This document shows, piece by piece, positions 11,345 through 25,700 of a DNA stretch of 64,000 nt. Under the pieces are notes generated by a model. It saw only the letters and a list, made by a program, of their open reading frames with translations. It had not been told where the DNA came from and searched no databases. The DNA comes from Mytilus californianus. Its lineage: Eukaryota. The stretch lies in assembly GCF_021869535.1 (NCBI RefSeq), contig NW_026262734.1, positions 87,048,001 to 87,112,000 on the forward strand, in the 5' to 3' direction. The number at the start of each line of letters is the position of its first letter. Position 1 is the stretch's first letter. The translations under genes and the position numbers were made by a program.

Positions 11345-11718
11345 AAGTTAATTCTCTGTCCTGCGTGTTCTTGCTTTTATTTGTACTGTATTCCTGTCAC
11401 GTAATGTTGTCATTTTAGCGGTATTTTTAACATTGCCATATAAGCGGGAGGCTTGGCTAGCCATAAAACCAAGTTCAACCCGCCAGTTTTTTCTTAAAAT
11501 GTCCTGTACCAAGTCAGGGATATGGCAGTTGTTATCAAACAGTCCGTCTCTATGTATGTTGGCGTTTGTTTTTGTAGCAGTTCAGTGGTTCTGTTGTTTC
11601 GTTGTTTTCCTCTTATAGTTGATGTGTTTCTCTCGGTTTTGGTTTGTGACCCGGATTTGTTTCGTTTAATCGATTTATGACTATTGAACAGCGGTATACT
11701 ACTGTTGGCTTTATTTAA
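11345..11718 (+). mobile_element. Interspersed repeat family 3; 3' fragment at about 46280-46345
   Basis: Shared end ATCGATTTATGA...AACAGCGGTATACTACTGTTG(G/C)CTTTATTT. Confidence 0.5.
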
Positions 11719-12700
11719 TATAGGTAAAAAAAGGTGGATTCTCAAGAACTATCATTAAATTATAAAACAATGCAAAGACTTTTTGGCGAATTAACTCATT
11801 AAAGGTACCAGGATTAAACATATGTATGCAAGACGCGCGTTTCGTATACATGAGAAATGTACTTTGTTTTTTAGAAGTAAAGCTACATTTATTATTTCTT
11901 TTATAAAGTTTGAAAATGCAGTAGTTCACCTCATGGTTTAAAAATGATGAGAATCATTCGTTGTGTGTTATATAACTGTTTTTTCCGCAACACATCCCGT
12001 TTGGTCAATGTCCTCAACAACTTCCGTTTGGTCAATTTGCGTAACAATTTTTTGTTTGTGGTAATATAATTGAACAGACGTTTCTATTAGATCAGTATTG
12101 CAAGGTGAACATGACAGGTGATGTCATGTTTAATTTGAATATATTTTTAATCATTTAAGAAGTACAACTGATACTTTGTATACCACAGACCCTCTGATAC
12201 AATGGTGGCGTCTTGATCGATCTCGTATATTTTGTTGCCTAGCAACTATTAAAATGACGATCACTCAATAAAATGGCTAAATATAGAGCTTTATTCTATT
12301 TATATTTAATATCCAACCTGTTTTGCATGCAGTTGATTATACAAATTTAAAAATCAGCACCAGCAACTTCAACTTCTATCGAAAACTAGTCAGACGATAT
12401 GACTGCGAGTAAAATAGAGGAAATAATTGATGGAACAATAGCACTTTTTAACCTATAATGTTAATCAGAAATCGAAATGAAAATACGTATCCGTTTATAA
12501 GTAAGATAATGTTCCAGATTATTAATTAACAAATTACACAGAAAAGGAGGAATAGAGTAGAACGGAATCACCACATACAACTGTAATATTATCATTATTC
12601 ATTGTTTATAATTTTGATTAGCACTCGGCACACAAAGTTAATACAGGTAAAAAGGATGGATTCTCCAGAACTATCAGTAACTTTTCAAAGAATGCAAATG

Positions 12701-13170
12701 TGTAGCAATATTCCAGAATCGCCCGCGTACGGAGTATATATCTCTCAGTTGAAACGATATTTCAGGGCTTGCATTTCCTATCATGATTTCCTTGATAGAG
12801 GGTTGCTGCTCACAAGGTAGCTATTAAACCAAGAGTTCCAAGAAGTGAAGTTGAAATCATCCCTTCGTAAGTTTTACGGACGCCATCACATTGGTTGACC
12901 GTTATGGAATACCCGTTTCACAGATGATAGCGGATATGTTCTTAATGTTGTAACTACTATCCCGTCCCTTTTCCTGAATGTGACCTACCGAATTAGACTT
13001 ATTACCGGGTTTGTACTAACATAAGCAACACGACGGGTGTCACATGTGGAGCAGAATCTGCTTACTCTTCCGGAGCACCTGAGATCACCCCCAGTTTTTG
13101 GTGGGGTTCGTGTTGCTCAGTCTTTAGTTTTCTCTGTTGTGTTTTGTGTACTATTGTTTGTCTGTTGGCC
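12701..13170 (+). mobile_element. 3' end of a non-LTR retroelement: RT C-terminal remnant plus 3' UTR
   Basis: CSNIPESPAYGVYISQLKRYFRACISYHDFLDRGLLLTR*LLNQEFQEVKLKSSLRKFYGRHH..VDRYG, followed by the UTR that recurs alone at about 17155-17460 (+), 29590-29790 (-), 32400-32680 (-), 36700-36970 (+). Confidence 0.75.
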
Positions 13171-16100
13171 TTGTTATGTTTAATTCAGATATATTTTAAT
13201 CATTTAAGAAGTACAACTTGTACATTGTATAAACTTTATCTTTTTAAACTTTGTTCTGGAAATTTTTGTTACGAAATATATATCTGTCCACTCCTTTAAA
13301 CTACACAGGATTTTGTTATCTTAGCTGTTGTATAAAATCACAGCTCGGTGATGGTTTCCAATTGATAAACACAAAAATAACATAACAATTCACCTGCCGT
13401 AACGAGGAGTTTTTTTGTGGTTAATATGTGTTTATATGTTCGAATATTTATAAACATGATAAACTACAAAAATCTCACTGTAGCAGATGAATCAGTGTTT
13501 TATATGTTATCATTCGCTTCAGTGGATTTAAAAAAAAAATGTAAATAAATTATATGTTTTAAAAGTCCTGTTCAGTATTACACTATACATGTACTTGTAT
13601 CATGGATGAGAAGTAGATTTATTTAAAGGTCAGTGATTTTATTATCAATTTATATTTTATGTCAAAAATACGAAAAGGGTTATTTGATGGTCTATAGCCA
13701 ACAAATGATGACATACATTGTTGTAATTTTGAACTATTCACAAAAGTTATACGGTATAAATTGTGTTTTTGATGAATATATATGACCACCTTGAGGTCAA
13801 CCCAATATGTAAGACAATCCCAAAAAGAGAAAGGATATTGCGTGAAGATAAAAAAAAAGCACTTAAAGTCCTAAACGACATATGCATGCATAGCAAATTT
13901 TGTGATATTGTGTGACAAAAGCGTTTTTTAAAATAAATCGGCTATTGTTATTATACAAAATTATGTGATTAATAGGAACAAGTTCTCCCATATTAATATT
14001 TTGAGGGGCAAAATCGCGGCATTTAAGAACAATGAAGATGTAAAACACTCACCATAAGATACAAAGCCCAGTCTTTGAATTTACTCGGCATTACCTATTT
14101 CGGTCAATGCGTCCGTCTGTCTGTAAGTTCGATGTTCTAGATAGCATGACGTAATGGTAAACTTGAAACTAACTATCAATATGCATTATGACTTTTAAAA
14201 AACATGCTTTTGCATATAAAAAAATTGGATAATGATTTTACAGTTCACTGAAAGTGCAACCGGGACGTTAGTTAGTTGTTCTATTGACACATATTTTGGT
14301 TTTTATGTTGATATACTGTTACATATCTGTCCAAGATTAGGGGAATTGAACGCTCACAAACAAGTTTTAAAGTGTTGACTTGCACTGAGGGTGATGCATG
14401 CAAAAGCAGGAGAGGCTTACCCTTTAAAAGTGATTTCTTATGCAGTTTTTGTGTGTTATTTTAATTTGTATCTTCTTGATCGATTAATAAAATCTGATCA
14501 TCGGTAAACCAGTTTTGTCTATTAAGTTTAATCCCGCCATATCCTGAGTTTGCCTGTCCCAAGCCATGAGTCGTCATGTCAGTGGTTGTCGATTGCTATT
14601 CGGTGACTTGTTCGTGTGGTTCTTAACATTCTTGCCCTTTGATTTTTATAGGACAATTATCTGATTGTCAATCATTCAACATCTCACATTTTTACTACAT
14701 ACAGTATCCGTGTAAAGCTTCTTACATCAATGTTTAGTTTAAGATCAAGCGACATGACTGATTTTATCAACAAACTAACCACAAACAATTCAAACATTAT
14801 AAAGAAGTGTCAAGTACAAACAACACTAATTATAAAAAGAAGATGTGGTATGATTGCCAATGAGACAACTCTCCACAATAGAGCAAATGACACAGAAATT
14901 AACAACTATCGGTCACCGTACGGCCTTCAATTTTGAGCAAAGCCCATACTGCATAGTCAGCTAAGTTTTTTTTTCTTTTTCAGAATTTAAAATACTCCTA
15001 CGTATTTAGAAAAAAATGGCAACTTTATATATCTTCATGTATAAATATATTAATCGAGGTTTTTGAGGTATTAAAGTAATGTTTTCTCAAACTCATTTGT
15101 ATGCATATACCTTTACGATTTCCAACAAAGATTTTAATATGTAACATTGAAGTGTTAATGTCACTTGATATTTAAAGATTTGAATATGTGTTTTTTTACC
15201 GCTCATACGAATCTAGTCCAAAATATTTTAAGTCGTGTTACGGTTATTTTATAACGAAAGGATGTTTTCAATTTTATACTTATATAATGTGCATGTTGGG
15301 AATTTTGTCAAATTATTCATGCTATTCATTAAATTCGAAGCTTGATTAATAGAATACAATCTCACAGATAACATAAATATACGCCCGTTAATCAATGAGT
15401 CCTGCTATGGTTTACCGTTCATCCGTTAGCTCACCAACTGTTCATGTATTGGTTGATTGTTTGTTCTTAGTCCAGTTGGAAATAGTTCAGACATATTCAC
15501 TATAAATTAACAATAATTGTAGGTAAAATCTGCTACACGTTTTGTGAGACATGAAATATGCTTTACTGATTTTAATGAAATTTGAACACAAGGAAAAATA
15601 AAATTTATATAAATTTTTTTTTTTTTTTTTTTTTTTTTGGCGATAGTCCGAGCAGTTTTTTGATATTGAAGTATTGCATTTATAACTTATTGATATTCTG
15701 ATATAATTAACCAACTTTTGGGAATAATTACCCATCCTTTGACGTAAAGAAAAATAACCCGGACTTATTTTAATGCCCGGAGATATGGAGATGAATTTTG
15801 GAACATTTGTCCATACTAATGACTTAGTAAACAGATTAAGTTTTCTTATTATTTCTTGTGATCCACATTTGTCATGAACATCTAATTTTATTATGATGAA
15901 GCTGTGAAAATTTACTGTGCGTATGGCTGTGAGTTGTTTTAATTCCACATTGGCTAGAGGTATAGGGAAAGGTTGAGATCTCACAACACATGTTTAAGCA
16001 CGCCGCAGTTTTTGCGCCTGTCCAAAGTCAGGAACCTTTGGCCTTTGTCAGTCTTTTGTGTCTTTTGGGTTTATTTAATTATTTCGGAGTTTAGTGTCAC

Positions 16101-19100
16101 GTCCATTTTCGCTGAACTAGTTTACATTTTAAAGGGGCCAGCTTAAGCCCGCCCCCCGGGTGCTGGATTTTCTCGCTGTGTTGAAGACCCATTGGTGGCC
16201 TTCGACTGTTTTCTTCTCTTTGGTCAGGTCGGTGTCTCTTTGACAAATTCTCCTTTTCCATTTTCCATTTTATTGATGATTAAGCTAAATTCCCTAAAAT
16301 TGGATGATGCAAACATTTAACCGTTTATGTAATCAATATAACACATTTCAAGATATGTATATATAATAGTTATTTCTGTTACAATAACAAACTCCACATG
16401 AGACTATAAATCGTGTGATGCTGCGAACATTATACATTAAGTTATTGTACGACAAAAGGAAATACTCAATACATTAATTGTTTTATCTGAATTAGCAATG
16501 AGGTCAGTTTAAAAAAAAAAAACTAAAATCATAATGATGAGAAATACACGACAAGGATAGTCAATCAAAATTGGAGACAAACCAAACTTGCCACGAGCGT
16601 AGTTCGAATGCAAACTCAGTGTTGACAGTCTGGTGAACACTGTAAATAGTCTAATGAGACCAGAGAGAGAAAGTGCAATTATTTTTTTTCTTTGTGTTGT
16701 TTAGCAGGTTACTTAGAAGTGCTCATTTGTATATGCATCATAAGCTTGGATTTCAGTGCAGAAGACTGCAAAGTTGGGGAGTGGGAAACTTCTACGACAA
16801 GGAGAAAACAAACATTGCTATGACCTTATTACATTGTTGTTAACCTAAATATACTGCGACCGATAAATATAGTGAAATGTCATTGATGACATGACTTGTG
16901 AAAATAGTGTAATAAGAGAAACTGACTCCACCCAAAATTGTGTGTACATATTTATATCAAGATAGAACATTACTTAGACTAAATCAGTCAAAATTGTTAT
17001 CATTTGTTTTATATAGAAATTTTTTCTTCAATTGCACAATTTTATGTGTTCTCAAACACATTTACATTGAATGTTTATGACAGTCAGACAGTGACACAAA
17101 AGAGAAAAGCAATAATAAAACAAAACATAACACAAAGAACAGAACATTTTAATACAATACCCTTCCCTTTTCACGAATGTGACCTACCGAATTAGACTAT
17201 TTACCGGATTTGTAATAACGTAAGCAACACGACGGGTGCCACATGTGGAGCAGAATCTGCTTACCCTTCCGGAGCGCCTGAGATCACCCCCAGTTTTTGT
17301 CGGGGTTCGTGTTGCTTAGTCTTTAGTTTCTATGATGTGTCATCTGTACTATTATTTGTCTGTTTGTCTTTTTATTTTTGGCCATGGCGTTGTCAGTTTG
17401 TTTTCGATCTATGAGTTTGACTGTCCCTCTGGTATCTTTCGTCCCTCTTTTAATCATCTATGGCACATGAAATCTATCATTGGATCGATAGTGGCTTTAC
17501 AATATATATGTTATTATACCATGTATACTGGGTTTCATATAAGCATAGATAAGATAACGTACGTTTTGTAACTCTGCACCATATACTTTATTCAGGTTGA
17601 CAGTATTCCATATTTTTTGTAGTGAAACAGGAGCTGTAAGAATTACTTCGGGCTTCAATTTCTTTAAACCTCAAGAGAGTAGATGGAATATTGTTAATTA
17701 ATCAGCTAATTAATCAAGTATTCAACTCATTTAGATCCTCGTGTTCAATTCCGATAAGTAATGGATAAGGCTTCATACCATAGTACATTGCTAAACATAA
17801 TTCATCTTGTCTACAGCTAAGTTATTACTAAATTGATCAACTTTCAGTGTATATGTATTCGCTATTTAAGCCGAAACAATGCATCGTCAAGCATCTTTCA
17901 AAATAGAAAATAGCAACTAAAGCTGTGTTACTTTACTCTTATTTTTTTTTATTTCGTTGATGACTATTTTTTTGTGCATTGATTCCCATGATGTTTTGGT
18001 CTTCAACCATCAACTGCAATTGCGCATTTAAAACCAATACTCACCATGGTTTCTGGTAATGAAATAGCTAGGTCTAATATGGTCAACCGATATTCCAGTC
18101 TTACATGCAGCAAGACAGAGAAGGTACCAAAGTTGCAAAAAAAAAATATTGAAGAAAAAAAATACCATAATCAACTTAATCAGATAGACATGATGTCCAT
18201 TTAAGAATGTTTGCTATTCTGTTTCAAAATAACAAGCTTTTTTAAAGACTGTTATAAATTGATAGTATATAAATAAAGAAACTAAAAAAGCAGAAAAAAA
18301 TTAAGGGTCCGTGTGCTTGTTTTCGAGATATAAGCCATTGAAAATTTGGCGGGAAATAATTCTCTCTAGACTTTTCATATATTTAACATTGGCACCCTTT
18401 TTCTTTAAAAAAACTATGAAAAAATAAATGGATTTTATAGCTTTTTCAAATATGGCTATTTACACTATATGTAATAAGATTATGAAAAAAAATAGGGGTT
18501 AGCGGGCAAAATTTTTATTGACACTAACATGGATAAAACTAGAGGATTCCGAATATCTGACAAAAAGTCAAAAACGAGAGTAGCGAACATCCTTAAGATG
18601 GCTTTGTAATTACTGAGAAAGCAATGTGATTGTTGGATTATCACTAATACATAGATGACTCGACTTAAGTTAGAGAGATAACTATTCTAACTTCAGGTGT
18701 AAAGAAAGGTTTCAAACATGTTATTCTTATGAATTTCAATGACATTTTCTCTCCATCACCACAATACACTATACTTTTAAGATATATTTACAGATTCCTT
18801 TGTTATATTTTATGTACTTTAAAGTAAAAGCGAAGTATATATCCGTGTTACACCCATAAATAAATTCAGTCATTATATTGTTTACTGCGTATTTTAAATA
18901 TATTTGATTCGTCCTTGTTAGGTTGATTTAGTTGAAGTTTAATAACAATATGTTACAAATTTCCCCTGTAATGAGACTCCTTGTTTACAAACAAATAATT
19001 TTCACATGTCTATTTGCTAAAGTTGCCCGTTTTTTTTTAATGTCTACAATTTGCATATACTCTGACTTCCTTATTTGTAAATACATGTACCCCTGTTGTT

Positions 19101-22100
19101 TACAATATGTATACAGTGTGCGTTCAAATATTATTTATCTTAAAAGAATATGTGTGATACTTTGAAAAGTTTAAAACCTTGTGTCTTTTTAACATGATGT
19201 TAATAATATAATTCAAAAACTTATACCCAATAATATTATTAGAAAATGCAACTGTGAGGGAACTCACGTAAGGATATACCCCCTCCATAAAAAAACAACC
19301 TATCATATATGAAATTTGATTTTCTGTACCTTAACATTTTGGACAAGGACTATATTTCTGTATGCACATGGTCAGATAAAGTTCCAAAACTATGTTATGT
19401 TTTATCAATATTTGTCTTGCCATTTTTGAAGATTTTCGCTGAGGATGTACAGACAGACGAACAGAGGTTTTAAAAATAAAAATAAGTACTAACTGTACTA
19501 TATAATTATAATGATAATGATTTGCGTTTGAACTTCCAGTGGCAAATATTACATGTTTATCATGATGACTAGTTGATGTAACATGAATATATAAACGTTT
19601 CGTTGTACGAGAAGACACAATTTACCGGATTGTTAAGTTCTCCTCCCATGCAAATATTTTTTACCGTTCGTGTATGAGCCTAATTGGAAGTCAATATCGT
19701 AATCATAGTGGAAGTAATAAGTAGTATGCAAAAATTAACCGACCGTAGGTGACCCTCAGGGCCGGGTAGTTGAGGTCATAAACACCCACGTAGTAGAATA
19801 CAACAATAATGAAGGTTAATAGATATTACATGTATCTGTAACTGCGAAGTGTACAACTAATTATATTTCAATTTTATAAAAAAAAAAAAAAAAAGCTGTG
19901 GGGAACCACTCCAGAATTTAAAATGCAAATAAACATAAGTTTCATCACTTCCTAATTTATCCTGACCAGGAACTGATAGAAATACAATGGAAAGTAAGAC
20001 ATACACCAATGCACTTTGATATGACGCCAAATATTGCTCATCAGATTTCCACTTCATTAAACATATGACTGTTACTATATTGTACTAGTGGATAAGGAAT
20101 TGTTCAACCTTCTGAAGCTTCAAAGTTCACACCCGTTTGAGTGAGGTTCGTATTGTATAACCTTCAGTTACATATTAGCAATTTGTTGATTGTTGTGCTT
20201 TGTTTGTTTCTATTTTTGTGATTGCCGATTGGTATTTTCCGAATTTGTCCTTATAAATAACAAATGACAGAAAGAAAGTGTATTATCAAGGAGTCGGTTT
20301 CACAAAAAAACTTATGACTAAGATTGATCGTTAGTATACTGATAACGTGAATATACTCAAATTGCACCTTTTTGACGGTTTTTTCACCCTAACAGACGAA
20401 AATGTCCAATCTGTGTTTATTTTGTTTATATCTTTTATTCTAATTAAAAGTAAGTTCTATAAATTTATTTTGAGTTCATACTGAATCGTAGAAAATGGGT
20501 TTGATCCGATCTCCAAAAGACACAAGATTCTGTAATTAGGAGTACCTAAACTGTACCCATTCCTAATTTCGTATCAGTACAAATCGGTCGGAATTAGCAA
20601 TAGGATTGTTAAAATAATAAAAATAGAAGTCAATTTCAAATGCATTGAACGTTTCATAGCTAGTGTTGTCACGAAAGGTAGACATTCATAATTTGTTTTA
20701 ATATTTACATCAAGGTTGCACTATAGATTTGTTTACGTATAGAAGGTGTATATCAACACGTAGATGGTTCAAATTGAATTTTAGATTGAAAATTTCTATC
20801 ATTTAATTTTAAAATAGGCAGTATTAGTGTTGCGCATTCACAAAGGACTTAATATGAAGAACGTTTCATTATTATATTTAAGCTCTTTTTAATACGGTTG
20901 GGTATTCCTTTTAATACGGTTAGACTTCCTTATATACTATTTAATTATGATAGAAAATTCAGTTCACTATTTGTCATCTTTAAATAGCGTTGATACATTA
21001 TAATTATGAGGGTCAGGATGGGGTCCTTCCTTTTTTTACTCTTTGGCTTTTTGAAACAATTTTTCTCTATTCTTTATTCGTTTTACCTATTATCCTCTAT
21101 TCTTTTTATTTTAGCACCAACACAAATTCTCGATGTTTTATAATTTTTGCACATTTGTCTATATTATTTTTTCTGCACTTTTTGCCAATTATTCCTTATT
21201 TTGTGAACCCCATCCAGATCCTCGTGTATATGAAACGGTCTAAGTGATACATTCGTTAGATTATGATTTCGTCTTTGGAAATTCAATGCACGTAAAACGT
21301 AAGTAATTTAAAATATTTTGGAAATTTTACAAAAGTGAATATGAACTGTATGTACAATTTCTACTTTTGATGGAAAAACAGAAACCAACAAATAATCTGC
21401 AAAAAATAAATTGAATGATGCACATTTAAATATGCGAGGAGATATTTTATAAATTTGTAGATGTAAGTTTTGACTTTGACAATTCTGTGAAACTCATTTC
21501 AGTTAAATACTTTAAAAGTTTCACAATGGTGATAAAAATGTATTGTGCAATGTACGTACAATTTCTACTTTGAGGGAAAAGTAGAAACGGACACTTTAAC
21601 TGCCATACATGTATGTTCAACCGAATGCTTCACGTGTATATGAAAGAGGATATTCTATATATTTGTAATATTATACTTTTTGTCTTGGTCAATTCAAAGT
21701 ATCTTCATTTAACTGTAAGTATGTTTGTTTTTAAATTTTACAAAGGGTAAGGGATCGACCATTTAACTTCAAGGGGGGTTATGGTTTTTTCCTAAAAAAA
21801 TATTCCGATCCCCAATTTGATAAAAGAAACAGTATTGTGGTCAAGCAGATGACAAAAAAAATTATTCTGAATCCTTATTTTCCCCAAACCTTATAGTGTC
21901 AAATTATGAAAAATTAATTTGATTGATAGCGTTGAAAAATCCTTTTAAAATAAATCTGTAGTAAAATCATTACAAAATTATCTATAATTCACAAATTTGC
22001 GTTTTTTGCTTGCAGGATAATTAATATTATCTCCAAATAGAAAAAAAATCATACACGAAATCTCAAATCTAAAGTATGAATCTTAAAAACCACCGTTTAT

Positions 22101-22610
22101 CCCAGTCGATGTTCTTTAAATAACTTTATAACCCCTCCACATTCTGTAGTGTATTATAATTATGTGCCTGTCCAAAGTCAGGAGCCTGCAATTCAGTGGT
22201 TGTCGTTTGTTGCTGTGTTACATATTTTATTTCGTTCATTATATTGTACATAAATTAGTCCGTAAGTTTTCTCGTTTGAATTGTTTTACATTTGTCATTT
22301 CGGGGCCTTGAATAGACGCTTATGCGGTATGGGCTTTGCTCATTGTTGAAGGCCGTATGGTGACATATAGTTGTTAACTTCTATGTCATTTGGTCTCTTG
22401 CGGATAGTTGTCTCATTGGCAATGATACCACGTCTTCTTTTTTATATAAACCTGATGCAGATACATAATATATTCATTTCGTTGTATTGCAGAAACTCCA
22501 ATGAACATAATATTATGTTGACGAAAACTTAACAACACTCAGCCTCGCACCATTATGACTGGTTTTAAGTTTTTCACATAAACAGCCAACAGATAAAAAA
22601 AAATATAAAA

Positions 22611-22745
22611 ATGAATGCTTTGGTTGTTCTGACGTGTATAATTGGAATATATTCTCGGGTAAATGCTGAAGACAACATAGATGGCAATAAGTTGGCACAG
22701 GAACTCAGAAAGATTAAGGAAGATATTGGTATCAATTATATGCAG
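22611..22745 (+). CDS. CACHD1-like exon 1 (signal peptide)
   Basis: MNALVVLTCIIGIYSRVNAEDNIDGNKLAQELRKIKEDIGINYMQ, donor CAG|GTAATA, phase 0. Confidence 0.85.
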
Positions 22746-25700
22746 GTAATATACATGTATTGCACAAGATAGCACAATAACTTAATAAAATTAAAGTAGA
22801 TATCGGTGTCATTTATATAAACTAAGGTAATGTTATACATAATAAGTTAGCATTGCATAAACACGGGAACTTTTAAGAATTACAGAAGATATCTTTGTCA
22901 ATTATATGCCGGTAATGTACATGGATAACAATACGTCAGCACAGGAACTTAGAAGATAATGGAAGCTAGTGGCGTTAAGTGTGTGTAGGTAATGTACATA
23001 CATGCCAATAAGATGGCACAGGAACTTACAATTAAGATAAAGGAACATACATGTATTGGCGCCAATTATATGCAGGCAATGTACATTGATGGCAATAAGT
23101 TAGCGCAGGATCTTATAAAGATAAAGGAAGATATTGGCGTAAATTATATGCAGGTAAATTAATGTACAGTACATGTACATGACAAAAAGTTAACACAAAA
23201 ACTTAGAAAGATAAAGAAGATATTGAAGTCAATTATATGCAGGTAATGGGCTTATATGACAATAAGTTAGCAAAGGAACTTAAAAAGATAAAGCAATATA
23301 TCTTTTTTATGCAGGTCATATATATAGACAATGAAACTCTTGCATACAGTTTTAATTTTTTTTAATCCCGTTAAGTTTACTGAATTTACAACAAATAAAT
23401 TAAAAAACCGTCAAAAAGTTACATTTTTTAAAAAACTCAATTCACTAATATGTATATCAAATATGTAATTAGAGATATTTTTTTTTTGTAAAGTTGCTTT
23501 AATTAACGAAGTTAATATGTTAGTGTCAGTTTACGTTGGATTATAATATTAAAGTGTGTGAATCTTAAAGAAGTAACAAAAAAGGCGGGAAAAATATGAG
23601 GGCCAGAGTTGTTTTACAAAGTGAAGTTACTTTTCTTGAGGGATAATTTTTTTTATTGACTTTAAAAATCAATTATTAATAGTGTCTGCAGAGTATCTTG
23701 TTTATGTTTATTTTAACATCAGATTTACATATCTATAAAATCAAATTATGAGTTTAAAATGAAAATTAAAAACCATATGCCCACACATATAAGCAATGTT
23801 ACGAATAGCTAGGTTAACACGAACGTATTTATTAAATAAAAGCAAATACAATATCACTTTATATATTTTGTATGTCGGAAGCGCTTTCCTGTATTTAGTT
23901 TTATCGGGAACGCCGAAGTAAAAAATATACATATATATCTTTTTATGTTGTAATGTTACACTATTGTTTCAGATAAGGGTGAAGGTTTGGTACAATTAAA
24001 ACGTTTAAACCAGCTGCAATTGTTTGCACCTGTCCTAAGTCAAGAATCTGATGTTCAGTAGTTGTCGTTTGTTGATGTGGTTCATAAGTGTTTCTCGTTT
24101 CTCGTTTTTTATATAATAGATTAGACCGTTGGTTTTCCCGTTTGAATGGTTTTACACTAGTAATTTTTTGGGCCCTTTATACATGTAGCTTGCTGTTCGG
24201 TGTGAGCCAAGGCTCCGTGTTGAAGACCGTACTTTGACCTATAATGGTTTACTTTTATTAATTTTGACTTGGATGGAGAGTTGTCTCATTGGCACTCATA
24301 CCACATCTTCGTATATCTATCTATGACGACTTTTTGTGTATTTTTAAACTTGAGGACCTATATGACCAATAGGAATAAAAAAGAGAGGCCAAATTTATCT
24401 AAGGTCAACTTTGCCTGATAAAATTAAACCTCGGTTAATCTATTTCTTATCATAATCATCGGAATTTTAGGAAATATAAAGATATTTTGTTTTCGATTGT
24501 TTGTGCACAACTGTTTCACGCATTTGTTTGTAGAATGTTAATTTTCATTTGGCATTATGTCAGGTGATCACTTTGTACGCCAGACGCGCGTTTCGTCCAG
24601 AAAAGACTGATCAATGACACTCGAATCAAATTGCTGAAACGAGCCAAATAAAGTATGAAGTTAGAAAATATTGATGACCCATGATATCATCAAAAACTAT
24701 TCATTTTTTTAATACAAAAAATGTGTGGAGCCTTAGTTTTTTTGTTTTTGTTTTTTTTTTTATCTCCAAACATTATTTATTTAAATTTGCACAATGCTGC
24801 CAAAAAAACATTTAAACATTATTAAAGATGCATTGTTGTTAAATACAAAGATGTTGTTGGTCTTAAAGCCAGATATAGTATACATTTTAAATTAATCTTA
24901 TTCGTATATCAACGTAAATAGTTCACATCTCAATTGGATACATGCATTTTTGTAAAACCTACTAGAATGTCTCTTGCTACGATTATTATCATTCATAATG
25001 TTTACAAACTATATAAAATAAGAATATGTGCTATGAATACCAATGGAACAACCTTTTACCGAAGCTAAATGACGCGGACATTCAACAATGAGTAATGCCG
25101 TACAGTTAGCTATGAAAGTTCCCGACATAATAATATGTAAAACAATGCATTTCCATTGCTGAATTCTATACTATATCATACAAATCGAAAGAGGGTTGAC
25201 AGCAATGTTTTCTATATTCAGTTATACATTCGGCACAAACAAGAATAAGAATTTCAATATACAACAATGTATATGAAAAAAAAAAAAACCAAATTTAATT
25301 AAAAATCAACAAAATATATTATCATAAATTACTTCAATGTATTTGATATTTTTTAAGAGGGTCTGGATGGAGTTCATATGATAGAGAAACGTGGAGGTAT
25401 AGTGCAGAAAAAATGGAAGAACATAAAGAATAGAAAAAATAACAGCCCACAAAAAAAGAGAGAATAATAAAGTGTTAAACTATAAACAATAAAGAATAAT
25501 GGGTAAAAATATAAAAACTAAACAAAATGGCTTCAATAATAAAAAAATACAGAATTGAGGTCCTCTTTAAAGGCAGTATCAGCATTCCAAGATATTTTCT
25601 GCAGCATTTTCTACATCAATTTCTAAAGGAATAATAACTATTCAATCTAGTCAAATACAAATATGAGACGTGATACTCATGCAGTCATAGGATTTCGGGG

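Noticed and set aside
15487-15984. Longest ORF in the track (165 aa, - strand)
   Set aside because: Starts in a repeat, crosses a homopolymer (poly-K), low-complexity AT-rich composition, no domain.
16708-16845. + strand exon-like segment after TTTAGCAG (two open frames to a stop)
   Set aside because: No upstream partner exon found and an equally plausible reading exists on the - strand; strand and frame unresolved.
18100-18168. Apparent signal peptide MVFFFFNIFFLQLWYLLCLAACK in frame with the candidate exon at 18099
   Set aside because: The Phe/Leu richness is explained by translating a poly-T pyrimidine tract; more likely intron sequence before an acceptor.
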